Source: Macrostomum lignano
Taxonomy: Eukaryota
Direction of reading: 5' to 3'
Length of the DNA: 64,000 nt
Assembly (NCBI GenBank): GCA_002269645.1
Contig: NIVC01002952.1
Span: forward strand, 23,878-87,877
The position numbers and the translations under genes are program-made. This document shows positions 46,016-59,725 of this stretch, piece after piece. The notes beneath the pieces are model-generated. The model made no database searches. It had not been told where the DNA came from and saw nothing but the letters and a program-made list of their open reading frames with translations. Each line of letters begins with the position of its first letter. The stretch's first letter is position 1.

Positions 46016-47403
46016 ATTATTCAATAGTTTATACTATGGCACCAATGGCAGTGTAGCATCTCTAATTAGGAGGGGGCAATAGCCCCCTTTGCCCCTTTTG
46101 CTTGTGTTATTGCCACTACTATATAACACAAAAAATTAGCATCAATAGTCAATAGCTTAGGCCTAGAATAGCCTAAAAATTGAGTAATATTTTGGTTTCC
46201 TTCTCTAAATTATTTTAACCCTTTTTTACTTTTTAGCTATTGTAAGTCTAGAATATAGCTAGCCAATCTTTTGTGCTACAATTTATTGTTCCTACAATCA
46301 ATTGATATCATTAATAGCATTATGCTATTTGCAATCTCAATATGTATAAACTATTGAAGATTAGGCCTAGTTGCGCTAGCCTGTAGCCACTAATGAGTAA
46401 TGTCAATGAAGCCATACAATCTGGGTTTTTTTTAAGTTAGAAATCTAGTTGCTAGCTAGCCCTATACACTTAAAATCCAGTTGCCAATGGCTATTTTTGG
46501 TTGCCCATTGGCAACTAGCCTAATTCTCAAGGATCAAGGATTTAATCTTTTAAAGGCTATATTTAAAAAGTAAAAATTTGTTCTTTTAACTTTAAGATTG
46601 CTATCTATGCTGCAAACAATAGGCCTAACAAACTAACAATTCTATCATATAGATTCAATTTCAAATGACAATTTTTACACTTACATTTTTTTTTATTTGG
46701 AAACTAACACAAGAAAAATGAAGTTGCCAGGTTGGCCTCTAATACCAAAAAATCTAATAGGCCCCTAAGACTTTCAAAGGGCAAAAAATCCTATAGGCCT
46801 ATAGCCTAAAAACTAGCATGCAATAGATGGCAAGGCACCACTTGCTCACTAATAATAGGACTTGTATATTGTGTTGTAAAATGTGCAACATTGCTATCAC
46901 TATTACTCCAGTGCCATGCTAGTATAGACTCTTTTAATGGCTGGCACTAGTCCTGCAAGGAGTGTAAGTGGCACAACTTTTTGCAAGGGGCTCCTTTTAT
47001 GAAGGGAGTCAAATTCAAAAAGGGAATTTAGAATAGGAAACCAAAAGATCAAAAAAATAAAGTTAGGCCCTATTATTCAACAATTAACAACAATAATTTA
47101 CATTTAGGCCTAGTTGTTTGCTGTTTTTATAGGCCTATTATAAACCAAAGTTTTACTTTTTAAAATATAGTTTATTTGCATACTGGTTAGCTAGTAGTAT
47201 GTTAATGATGTACTATATGCATATACAATGTATTTAATTTATTGTACACTCAGCAATAGTCAAAACTACCATCCTACCAAGAGAGGTGATTTCCTCCCAC
47301 ATCAATTGCAAGTGACATAACTTGCGCCACAGCATAGTTAAAGCTGGATGAGAGTACAAAAGGGACTAGAGTTGGGGTTGGGGATGCAATAGTACACGTG
47401 ACA

Positions 47404-47620
47404 ATGGTCAGGCATATGATAGATGCTGAACGATGGTGCACTGTTGGCATGCTAGAAGCTGGTGCATCCATCAGCGCAGTTGCTTGCCAATTTGGCCAAT
47501 CATGTTCAACAATTTGAGTGCTGTAAACAAAGTCCCAAGATACTGGTAGTGTTCAGCATGCAGCCATAGGCAGCCAGCACCATGATCTCTGCAGCTCAAC
47601 AGCCAGGGCAAATCGACGTC
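47404..47620 (+). mobile_element. Tc1-like transposase N-terminal fragment
   Basis: MVRHMIDAERWCTVGMLEAGASISAVACQFGQSCSTI*...QDTGSV resembles the Tc1 paired-like HTH. Confidence 0.55.
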
Positions 47621-49818
47621 TGCTGCAGATTGTCAGGCAAACTCCAACTGTGCCAGCCACCCTGCTCCGTCTAATGTGGGATGAAAGAAGCAGATGGGGC
47701 ATCCCCTGATTGCCCTCTCCTGCATTCACTCTCACCCAGCTATTAGCCACGCCATGGCGCAAGTTAGGCTACGTCACTTGCAGTTGAGGTGAGAGAGAAG
47801 TCGCCTCTCTCAGTAGCCTACAGTAGGGTGGCGGTTTTGACTGTTGCTGAGTGTAAAATGTCTGTTAGATTTCATAGTTCAACATTTTAGACTACTTATT
47901 ACTTGCTAGTAGCATAGCATGCTAAACAGTTATAAATACATAAATAGTAAATACTTATGAAGCTTAATATATACAACCACAAATTGCATTGCCCAAACAG
48001 GAATGTCAAAACGGCGCACCTGGGCCCTTTCACCGTTTTTTTATTTGAATTTGCGCCAAGTGTAACTTTTGACCCAGTTTTGGCGGTCTAAATTGATATT
48101 TTGTTAACTACGGCCTTGTTAAAGAATATTTAAAATCGGCCACCAGAACAAAAAAGAAGCGTTTGCCCTGCAAGCAACACGAGATAAAGACAAGCCTGCA
48201 AGGGACAAACAATTAATTAGCGAACATTTTAGATTTTAACACGATTGAGGCTTTTCATATTACCAATTCCAGAATCAGAATCGGTTCAGATCTTCCAAGA
48301 AAAACAGCAGTATAACTATTTAATTCTGTTGAATGTTTGACTGCCTTTACAACCTCACTTAGCACAATTTTTCACTTTTTTTCTTGGCGATTGTCATTCA
48401 ATAATAAAAATTTTATAGCACGTATCTCCCTCTAGTTATGGAGACAAAAAGTTATACTTCACAAATTGGTTCTGGTTCTGGAACCAGCACAAGCAATATG
48501 AAAAGGCCCATTTTCAGCTGTAGCTATAATAACTTAAAAAGTAAAGATTGTGGGGCTGTACTTTTATTTTTGAGCCTTTTTTCTTTTTATTGTTTACACC
48601 TTCACACCTTAAAATTAAATGTAATGTTCGACCTCCATTGTAGTATCATATTTGTTTTCATTCAGTAAAGTTAAAGTTAATTAATAAAACAGCTAGGCCT
48701 ACAGATAGTAAATAGGTTTGGTCTCAGAACTTTAAATGGTTGCCTTAGATTACTTTATATGCATATGTATAAGGCCTATTGTCATTCAGAATCAGACCAG
48801 AATTCATCATGTTAATATGATATTGGGAATTTCTTCTTGTGTTCAAGTCTTTGCAACCTAAAATAGGCCAACTCAATGCTGTACACTTTAATAACTAGGC
48901 CTAGTGGCATAGGCAAGGACTCAAGGAGGGACATGGGGATGCATCCCCCTGTGGGCCTGGTTGGTGGGTATAAAAAATTGATTTATGGCACTTACATTGT
49001 TAATATGTTATTAGCATATAAATGCCTAGTCCAAGTGGTTTTGTTTGCATATAAATTTGTTGCAGATTTGCAAATTTAGACAATATAATATATAGGCCTA
49101 TAAATAGTATAATATGATAAAAAAAGCTATAATAGGCCTAAAAATGTTTGTTTATATTTTGTAGTTCTATGTCTAATTGTAAAGCCTTAGCCTAGGCCCT
49201 AAAATCCTAGATGTTTAGCATATTCTTTTCTTCATTATTAGTCATTTACTTTTTTGTAGCAATTTATAGCCTTATTGAGGCTTTTATGATAGATTGATAG
49301 ATCATATATAAAAAAATGTTGCACATTTAGCAAAATATGACAAATAGGGGGCCTATGCATTTCAATAAGATTAAAAATAAATTGACCTAGGGCCTATGAC
49401 ATTTCATAAAAAATGACTATTATATTTTTAACCTATTTAAATTGCCATTGTCATATACATTCCAACTGCAACCATCATTTTTTAGAATCACTTCAGCCCT
49501 TGCCATCATTTTGGCTAGGCCCTATCGCAAGCAACTAGAAAGTGATAGAAGTGAAATCAAGTAGTTGAAAATGTAATTAATCAGAATTGTAAAATACAAA
49601 TGATATGAAATTATATTTAAATAGAACCAAAAGTCAAAAATGATTTATTGTATAAATAAGCAAAAGAAAATAGTCATAAAAAGTTGAAATGACACATTTA
49701 AAAATTGGTAGAAGAAATAGATATATGAAGTTAAAATGATGCACTTTATAAATAGATAGAAAATAGCTATAGTAAGTTGAAGTGATGCACTATATAAATG
49801 TATAAAAATATGTATAAA

Positions 49819-50926
49819 TGTTGTACTCGCAGGCTGCAATCTCGTCTAACCCGATCGTTTGTTTTCCCTGGGTAGCGGGTTCGATGCAGGACTGCCCTGG
49901 GTGTACGGCAGAGGGAAAGACAGAAGGCGAACGACTGGTGCTCCTCGAGGCGGATGGCCACTCCAAGGGAAAGAGGAAGAGATGCGACTCGGGGGGTGCA
50001 CAGACACTTCTTGGTCACAGAAGACTTGGGGTACTGCCGCTGCCGCGGTCAGTGGAGTGGATAGCCACTCAGAGCTGGCCTGGGAATCACTGAGGTAAAT
50101 GAGAAAGCGGGGTGAATGTGAAGGATTGGCTGGGGCATACAGACACTCTGGACCAATCAAGGGATGCAAGACGAGGGATTGGTTGGGGCGTACAAACACT
50201 CCGGACCAATCAAGAGATATGAGGTGATGGATTAGCTAGGGTGTACAGACACTCCAAGCCAATCAAAGAGTGCAGGTGAGCAAGGAGGTGAGTAAGTGAA
50301 GCGATGAGGCGGCAAGGATGGAAGGGAGTCACATTCAGAGAGTCCCCAAAAAAACACAAACAAAACCCAAACATAATTTTAGCTCACTGGGCGGGGTCGA
50401 ACCGACTCATAAAGCACAGTTTATTTAGCCATGATAACTAGACTGGCAGCTCGAAGACAGCAGGTGGCACGGATTGGCTGGTGATGCACTGTTTGAGAAT
50501 TCACTGGGCTCGTGCAGTTTTTTGTACTTTTACAGTAGTTTCACTACTCAGTAGCTGGTGTAGCCCTAACCAAAAACCAAGCGCATGCCATTGGCCAGCT
50601 CCAAGCCAGCTAATAAATAGTATGCAGAAGAAATGGGGGAGTGGGCCAAACCGGCCTGAGTGCGAAAACACACAAAACAGAACCCTGCGAGTACCCCACC
50701 CTAGCCCAGCCAATCAAAACACGCATTGGGTAAGGCTCCACGAGGGGGGGTAGAAAAGAGAGGGTCTGCCGGCCCAACCAGCCAATCTGCGCACACGCCG
50801 GCTACCCAAAACCAAAACTGGGCTGAACCAGCTCAAACCAGATAGAACTAGCTAGGGTGGCAGACTGGGTGGTTTGCATGCACCAAAAAAAAGGTGGAGG
50901 AGAAGGTCATTGTGGCGCAGGCCACA
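49819..50926. mobile_element. Solo-LTR-like 1.1-kb GC-richer insertion
   Basis: TGT...ACA ends inside an AT-rich tract; imperfect 5-bp flanks ataaa/atata; three internal gattgg..ccaatc modules (50123-50265); no coding domain seen. Confidence 0.4.
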
Positions 50927-51291
50927 ATATAAATTGCTTAATGTATAAATATATATGTATAAATATAATAATGTATAAAATAGCTATGTGAAGTTTAAAT
51001 AATACACTTTTTAGATAAGTAGAAAATAGCTATGTGAAGTTGAAATGACATGCTTTATAAATAGGTAGAAAATAGCTATGAGAAGTAATGACATAATTCG
51101 AAAATAGGTAGAACAAATATTATAAAGCATGCAAATGGTCCTAAAAACTGCCAAAATGCCAAAGCTAATCAGACAGATCAATCAATATAATCTTCTCTAC
51201 TCTACTTGCACATTCTCTTTGCAAGCCCATTTTTGCATATGGTAGTTCTGAATCTTATTGATCAATAAAAAGAAAGCTTTTTTTCCAGAGA

Positions 51292-51790
51292 CATGCCATC
51301 ATTTTTGCTACCACAAGTAACCATCATTTTTGCAGAGCCACTCAAGTCCCTGCCATCATTTTTGCTACCACAAGCAACTGTCATTTTTGCAGAGCCATTT
51401 AACTCAAGTCCCTGCCATCATTTTTGCTACCACAAGCAACTGTCATTTTTGCAGAGCCATTTAACTTAAGTCCCTGCATCATTTTGCTGCTGCTAGCAAC
51501 TGTCATTTTTGTAGAGCCATTCAAGTCCCTTCTATCATTTTTGCTACCACAATCAACCATCATTTTTGCAGAGCCACTTAAGTCCCTTCCATCATTTTTG
51601 CTACCATAAGCAACCGTCATTTTTGCAGAGCCACTCAAGTCCCTGCCATCATTTTTGCTACCACAAGCAACAGTCATTTTTGCAGAGCCATTCAAATCCC
51701 TGCTATCATTTTTGGTACAACAAGCAATAGTCATTTTTGCAGAGCCACTCAAGTCCCTGCATCATTTTGCTGCTGCTAGCAACTGTCATT
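51292..51790. repeat. About 57-bp degenerate tandem repeat, about 8 copies
   Basis: gccatcatttttgctaccacaagcaactgtcatttttgcagagccactcaagtccct. Confidence 0.92.
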
Positions 51791-52240
51791 TTTGTAGACT
51801 TGCTCAACTTGTCACTTTTATGCCACTTAATTAGAACTTAGTGACTGCTGAAATGATGTCACTTGTAGAAGCAATATATAAATGATGGCTAGGACTCAAA
51901 TGGCTTAGCAGAAAAGCTTTCTTTCTATCGAAAATAAGTTTATTATAATAACCTAAAAAATTGTTAACCAAAAATTATAATTAAAGCCAAAATAACTTGC
52001 AATGACTCTAATGCAATTAGGCAGAAGTCTTAACAAAAAATATTATAGAATGCATTGCTGAAGCTGCTCTAAGTTGGTAAGTTTTAGACAATCAAATGCA
52101 TCTTTGATTGCATCTTGTAGTGCCACTGAATGACACCCAGCATCATTAGCACAATCTGTTGCAAACTGCTTAACACAATAGATTGGTAGCCACTCTTTAG
52201 TCATGGGTTTTTTTAAAAAAAAATTGAATATGAACATATT

Positions 52241-52411
52241 CATATATGCGCAACCTTGGGAATCACTTGGCCATTTCTATTGGTAACATATACATGTAAG
52301 TCACTATTGGCTAAGAGCAGTGACGTGACACTATTCTGTCCAATAGCAATTTACATGTGTGTGTTGCCAATAGAAATGGCTAGGTGAATCCCTCGGTTAC
52401 GCCTAAGCATG
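52241..52411. mobile_element. Third copy of the 170-bp hairpin MITE
   Basis: Same arms as 7825-7996; 8-bp TSD aacatatt / aatatatt (7 of 8 match). Confidence 0.88.
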
Positions 52412-54779
52412 AATATATTGCCAACCACATTTGACACAAATAGACTTGCTTGTTAGAGCGTCATAATAAATGAGAGCTGGCCACCACTAGCTGTTGCACT
52501 AGCTTTCAACTTCTTTTTGGCAGCTTCAGGCTTGTCAACAATGTCAACTGAATTGACTGGACTGAAAATCTGGGTCTGATCTTAAGTAGGCAGCTTTTGC
52601 TTCTTAGTGATGTCTCTTGATTAGCTATTGCTACTTCTTTCTTTCTTTTTTTAGACTCTCACACCGCAATAAACAAGGGTCAACTGCTGGTGGGAAATCA
52701 CTTTAGCAGGATCATAGCTAAGGACTGCAGGGAAGGGGGGCATGGGGTGCCAAACTGGTGGGTGCGCAAACTGTATAGGGCTAGGCATGCACAGAGCCAG
52801 TGCTCCAAGGTTTCAAGTTCCAAATGGTAGAAAGGGAGCCAACAACGAAGAATAGGTCTAATCTAAATAAGATATAAAATTTTAAATTAAGTATAATCTA
52901 TATTTAGCTTCTCTTTGTAATGATTTCAATTCAGCAATTCTACCTTATAATAATCTCAGCTAGGCCTCTATTATGAGCTTTGAACTTTGACATATGAGCA
53001 ATCCCCCCAAAAGCCTTAACATATTATTAGCAATCTTCCTAAGCCTTGAAATCATAGGCTTAACATGAATAATCTTTCCTTTGAGCCTTAATATCTTAGC
53101 ATTAGCAATGCTCTCTATAACCCTTGAAATCTCTACAAATACCTTGTTAGTCTTAATTCTTAGCAATTCTTTCTAGGCCGTAACCCTAATATATATAACC
53201 TTAAACTTAAAATTAGGCCCCCTAACCCTAGTCCTAATCCTAAACTTTAACCTTAACCCTAAAGTCTTGATATTTTATCCAATAATTCTTCCCTGGTAGG
53301 TCTAAGCCTTGACATTTTAGTAATTCTCCCTAAGAATCACATTATAATAATTCTAACTAAGCTTTTGCTATAACATCACAGCAATTCTTAAATGAATCAT
53401 TTCTTTTATATCTAACATGATTATGTGATGCTTTTTCTATTTTTATTTGACATTTAAAGTTTTCTTTTTGAATCTATTTTTTGCTAAGTTTAGGATATAT
53501 AAATTATTTTTTATTTACTATTTTAGGCCCTATTTTTTAGTCAAGAAGCCAACAAGGTCAAGGATATAATAATGTAACATATATAAAATTTATTATAAAG
53601 CTGAAATCTATATTAAATGCAAAAACTAGTGCAATTTAACCTACAAAAGGAAAGGTCTGTTATCAAGGTTTAATTGATCAAATGAATGTAAAACTAGAAA
53701 TATTATCAATAATTGTATAGTCTGATATCAAATCAATAAGGTAAGAATATATATACAAGAATATTATAAGCAAGAAGTAATAAAGAATAGAAAGCAAGAA
53801 AAAATGTTAAAATGTTTATAAAATAAATAGGCCCAGTCAACCTTAGAATGCCTTACAAAGATGATATACTGTCTTATATATAGTATTTAAATATAAAGGC
53901 TAAGGTTTTGATCCTTAATATACATGTCTAAAATGCTAAGTTTGTATTTAGAATTAAGATGGTCAATAATTTGGAATGTTCAATTGGTCCTTTATCGTTT
54001 AGCTTTTGCATTCCAAAATATAAATATAATCATCAATATCAGAATTAAGGTTATATGGCTTTTTGTCATGATTATGATAAGGAAAATCCTTAGACATTCA
54101 AACTAATTGATCAATTTATTCTACTCAATTGTTCATATGGGCATAAACCCTTATTGTGATATATTTATTTTGAATTTTGCATAAATTTAAAGCTTAAACC
54201 TCATTAGGCCTATAAGCCTATGTATTAGTAATTAATAGTTAAAAGGAGAATTTCTTATCAAACTTTATAACTAGGCTTACAAACTGCAACAATAAGCAGT
54301 ATCTATCTGTAATTTATATTTTTGCTTAGAACTTTGCAATATGCCTTTTGAGACTATTGGTCTATATGTGATTTGTCATGCTTGTTTAGAGAAAACAACT
54401 TAACTTTCTAGTAATATAGGCCCCTTATTTATTTTTAAAGACTATTTTATAAAGCAGAGTAAGACTGTTAAAGTTATTTTTAAAAATAAAACTTGATAAT
54501 TATTTTTTGTCAAATCCAAAAATGATTTATAAAATCTTTGGTACTTAAAACACATAAAATGACAATAGAAATATGAAACTAGGGACTTCTACAACATAAG
54601 TTTACCATAGAAAGAAGGACCAGAAACTTGGCTTTAGTGAGTAAATAATATAGGGGCTGGCTGATAAGGTTAGACAAACACACATATATTTATCAGCTTA
54701 AAAGCAAGTAAAATATCCAAAAATATATCAATAAATCTAATTTTGGATGCATTAACAAACAAAGAAATACAACTTAAGA

Positions 54780-55275
54780 ATAGATGGCTTAATGTGCATT
54801 TTATCAAATGCTAGAGGACAATTCCTACTAATGGGAGGAAGTGGTGCAAATATATGCTTCACTCTGAGATGCAACAGTCATAAAGCAACCCAACTGTTTC
54901 TGAAGAGTCTTTAGATGTGGTACATCCACAATGACTCCATGGCTGCTGGCAGATGCATAAAAGTCAGATGTGGATCTTGACACTGAACTCAACTTGACCT
55001 AGTTTCTTTTATTGAATAAACCCTTGCTGCCACTGAACTTCTCAATTGCCTCTTGACAGAAAACTTGAAAACTCAGCAGAAATGGAATCCATCTTCCCAA
55101 ACAGTTCAAGCTCTTGATTATCATCAGCAGTTGTGCGCAATTCAGCTGAAACAAGCCGATGTTCAATTTTTCTTATAGTGGGAGGTTTACTTAGCAAAAC
55201 ATTGATGGTGGCAAATGAGCAAACTCTGAAATCATAGTGTGCTGAGCATCCGAAAACGGTGCTTTTTCTCACCAT
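54780..55275 (-). pseudogene. Decayed THAP-domain / P-element-type transposase remnant
   Basis: MVRKSTVFGCSAHY...RVCS...LSKPPTI resembles a collapsed THAP domain. Downstream LAFDKMHIKPSI resembles the first catalytic FDEMxIK block of P transposases. Confidence 0.45.
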
Positions 55276-55747
55276 GGCCTAAGATGGTCTCGCTACCTAA
55301 GCCATTTCAGCTAACAAATGCACATATACATTGAAGTCAGCCAGCCCCCCCCCCACATTTCTTACTCACTAAACCCAAGTTTCCAGCCCCTTCTTTCTAT
55401 GGCAAGTTTATATCGCAGAAGTTCCTGGTGAAACTTAATTTAATGGCATCTAGCTAAAAAGTTCCAGGTTTAAAATTCAAGATTGTTCAATTTGATGTAT
55501 GTACGAATGGTCTATGTATAGAGGTCTATACACTGTACTCTATACACAGTACATGTCATTGGAAATGACATTGGACATTGGGGCAAAGGCAAAGTGTTGC
55601 AAGCAATCGCAACTATTTTTGCCATTTTATTCGATTCCATCTAGTATTGTTGATGGTTGTAAATTTATTGATTTATGCAAAGACATCTGACTACTTGTTG
55701 CATCAGATCTGAACATAGTTTAACTAAAGCCCCTATTTATTGATTCA

Positions 55748-58490
55748 ATGGCGGCAAAGAAGCGCTGGCTCTCCATGGTTGGCGAAGAGGATCTGGTCTC
55801 CGACGCTGTAACAGCGGCGCCTCAGCCGCAGCCACCAGCCGAGCCAGATGGCGCCATGCCGCCGAAGAAGCGCCTGATGATGCAGCTAAAGCACAAGGAG
55901 TCGCAGAAGAAGCGCGTCTCATTGAGCGAATATTATCAAAAGAAGACTAGCAACAATTCTAACTCGATTAATAATGCCGCGGAGTCTTCTGCAACTACTG
56001 CTTCCGAGGATCCGGACCCAGATTTAGATCCCGCAGTGGAAGTGGACGACCCAGGCAATGTTTCCATGGATTTAGAAACCAACTCTGGCTACGGGCCAGA
56101 CGAAACTGATCGCAATAGCTTTGCTGGCGCCTACTATGACAGCGCTATGCTGCTGCCTTCGACTCCGCCTAATAATCTCGAATCGGAGACTGCCGGCTTT
56201 GATGAAGACAGAGGAGGCTTGGCAGGCGATGAAGTTTTGCAGTCGAGTAGGGCTCCAACAGCCGCTGCTGACTGTCTGCCGCAGTTTGACGAGCTGGGCG
56301 AAGCCACGGACGCCAGAGAGTTCGTTCTTCAGCAGCAGCAACAGAAGCAGCATAGAAAATCCGAGTCCAAAGGTCAACACGAGGACAAGGTTAGACGGCA
56401 CCGAGGTGCTCAGGAGCATAAAAGCTCAGAGCACAAGCACCGCAAACGCCATCGTCACCACGACCGGAATGCTCATAAAGACTCGTCAAGCAGTCATCGC
56501 AGACATCGACACGAGCGTCACGGTAATCATCACGGCCATCACAGACGGCATCGTCAAGAGAGTGGCGGCGTCGGCGGTGCAGGCGCCGGCAGCAACTCCG
56601 ATAGTCGACGAGCTGCTCATTCGTTCGACGCATTCGTTGAACGTCAGATGAGTCGCATGCGTCAGCGACAGGCGGCCAAGGAGGCGGCCGCAGCTGCTGA
56701 CCGTTTGAGCTCGGCTGGGTCCAACTCGAAGACTGGCGAAGTTCTGCGAAGGCAACTTGAGCTGCGGGAAGGAGAGAAGGTACAGCTGAAGGCACCGCTG
56801 TTCTGCTTCTGGATTGGATTTCTAGTCTGAAATCTGGTAGAGCAGATGAAATTTTGGTAGATTAGATGACGTTCTGGTAGATTAGATGACGTTCTGGTAG
56901 ATTAGATGAGGTTCTGGTAGATTTCTAGTCTGAAATCTGGTAGCAAAGCATATGAGATTGTGATAGATTAAATGAGATTTTGGTAGATTAGATGAGATTC
57001 TGGTAGATTAGATGAGATTCTGGTAGATTTCTAGTCTCAATCTGGTAGAGCAGAAGAGATTCTGGTAGATCTAATGAGATTCTGGTAGATTTCTAGCCTG
57101 AAATCTCATAGATCAAATGAGATTCTGGTAGATTTCTAGCCTTAACTCTCATACTGAATTGATTATGTTGGTCTGCAAGAACATTGCTATAGTTAAAAAC
57201 CACGTGTCGCAGGTGCAACGGGCCGAGAGTTTCCTCTACGCCGATGAGCAGGGCGCCGTCGAGCAGCACATCGCCCAGCCAATTGTGCCAGTCAGCAGTT
57301 CCTTCATCGACCGCGTGGTCGCCAGTAGCAGCAGCGGCGGAGACGGAGTTGGAGGTCGCACGTCAACGACTGTTACGCAATCGACCGGTCAGCAGCGTCA
57401 GGTGAAAAAATATCAGACAGTTTCATCATTAAGTACAAACACCCATTAAATAATTAAAAATCGCCATTGATCATTAGGAATCGCCCTTGATCATTAGGAA
57501 TCGCTATTGATCATTAGAAATCGCTGTTGATCATTAGAAATCGCTATTGATCATTAGAAATCGCTATTGATCATTAGAAATCGCTGTTGATCATTAGAAA
57601 TCGCTGTTGATCATTAGAAATCGCTGTTGATCATTAGAAATCGCTGTTGATCATTAGAAATCGCTATTGATCATTAGAAATCGCTGTTGATCATTAGAAA
57701 TCGCTGTTGATCATTAGAAATCGCTATTGATCATTAGAAATCGCCATTGATCATTAGAAATCGCTGTTGATCATTAGAAATCGCTATTGATCATTAGAAA
57801 TCGTTATTGATCATTAGAAATCGCTATTGATCATTAGGAATCGTCATTGATCATTAGGAATCGCTATTGATCATTAGGAATCGCTATTGATCATTTGAAA
57901 TCGCTATTGATCATTAGGAATCGTCATTGATCATTAGGAATCGCTATTGATCATTAGGAATCGCCATTGATCATTAGTAATCGCCATTGATCATTAGAAA
58001 TCGCTCTTGATCATTAGGAATCGCCATTGATCATTAGGAATCGCTATTGATCATTAATAATCGCCATTGATCATTAGAAATCGCTCTTGATCATTAGGAA
58101 TCGCTATTGATCATTAGGAATCGCCTTTGATCACTTGAGTTTCAAAACATATCGGTAGTTAAAATTGCAGCGCATTGACCATCCACTGCGCAGGTTGCTG
58201 TTGTAAAGCCGCAGGTCAGCTCCCTACTAGGCGGCATTGTTCGTCTTGTAGCCAACAGTCTGGGCGATGTGCAACGAAATCTACAACGCCAGATGATGCA
58301 ACAGCAGAGTCTGCAACAGCTGCAACAGCAACAGAAACAGCAGCAGCAGCAAAATCAGGCCAAAGCAGCAGCTGAATCGTCTGCTGCAGCCGACGACGGC
58401 AGCTTTCTCGGCGTTGCGGGCTACGGTGCCCCGGCAACGAATCCGCCGCCCTCTTCGACGACAACAAACTCGAAAACTAGAAGATCCTGA
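55748..58490 (+). CDS. Low-complexity, probably nuclear protein of about 505 aa; exons 55748-56779, 57213-57401, 58194-58490
   Basis: Long GC-rich ORF; three phase-0 GT-AG exons; basic motifs KKRWL, PPKKRL and KKRVSLSEY; a His/Arg-rich tract; poly-Q. No globular domain recognised. Confidence 0.7.
56850..57150. repeat. Degenerate about 20-bp repeat (ttctggtagattagatgaga) in intron 1
   Basis: Direct reading. Confidence 0.85.
57465..58135. repeat. 20-bp minisatellite (tgatcattagaaatcgctat) in intron 2, about 33 copies
   Basis: Direct reading. Confidence 0.96.
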
Positions 58491-58609
58491 AACAGTTTTC
58501 CCAAGTTTTCGAATGCTGGTGCAACACGTACTTTTAATTATATGGGATTCATTTAGCGTACATACTGTTTAAGTAATTAAATCTGGATCCAATAGACTCA
58601 CTCAATTCT

Positions 58610-59725
58610 GATCCCATACCATCAATCTTGATCCCACAGAATCAATACTGATCCCACAGAATCAATACTGATCCCACAGAATCAATACTGATCTCACAGA
58701 ATCAATGCTGTTCCCACAGAATCAATGCTGATCCCAAAGCATCAATGCTGATCCCAAAGAAGAATAAATTCTGATCCCATAGCATCAATCCTGATCCCAT
58801 AGCATCGATCCTGATCTCATAGCATCAATCCTAATCCCATGGCATCGATCCTGATCCCATAGCATCAATCCTGATCCCATAGCATTAATCCTGATCCCAT
58901 AGCATCAATCCTGATCCCATGGCATCGATCTGATCCCATAGCATCAATCCTAATCCCATAGCATCGATCCTGATCCCATAGCATCAATCCTAATCCCATA
59001 GCATCAATCCTGATCCCATAGCATCAATCCTGATCCCATAGCATTAATCCTGATCCCATAGCACCAATCCTGATCCCATGGCATCGATCTGATCCCATAG
59101 CATCAATCCTGATCCCATAGCATTAATCCTGATCCCATAGCATCAGTCCTGATCCCATAGCATTAATCCTGATCCCATAGCATCAATCCTGATCCCATAG
59201 CATTAATCCTGATCCCATAGCATAAGTCCTGATCCCATAGCATTAATCCTGATCCCATAGCATCAATCCTGATCCCATAGCATTAATCCTGATCCCATAG
59301 CATTAATCCTGATCCCATAGCATCAATGCTTATCCTATAGCATTAATCCTGATCCCATAGCATTAATCCTGATCCCATAGCATCAATGCTTATCCTATAG
59401 CATTAATCCTGATCCCATAGCATTAATCCTGATCCCATAGCATCGATCCTGATCCCATAGCATCAATCCTAATCCCATAGCATCAATCCTGATCCCAAAG
59501 CATCAATCCTGATCCCATAGCATCGATCCTGATCCCAAAGCATCAATCCTGATCCCATAGCATCAATCCTGATCCCATAGCATCAATCCTGATCCCATAG
59601 CATCAATTCAGATCCCATAGCATCAATCCTGATCCCATAGCATCAATCCTGATCCCATAGCATTAATCCTGATCCCATAGCATAAATCCTGATCCCATAG
59701 CATCAATTCAGATCCCATAGCATCA
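58610..59725. repeat. 20-bp minisatellite (ctgatcccatagcatcaatc), more than 50 copies
   Basis: Direct reading. Confidence 0.96.

Noticed and set aside
51399-53166. ORFs DGRDLSGSAKMT... and MLRIKTNKV...
   Set aside because: Derived from a 57-bp tandem repeat and a degenerate AT-rich repeat.
53180-53270. CCCTAA-like run as an interstitial telomere
   Set aside because: Short and degenerate; more like the cctaac repeats common in Helitron/Helentron-type debris, and not assignable.
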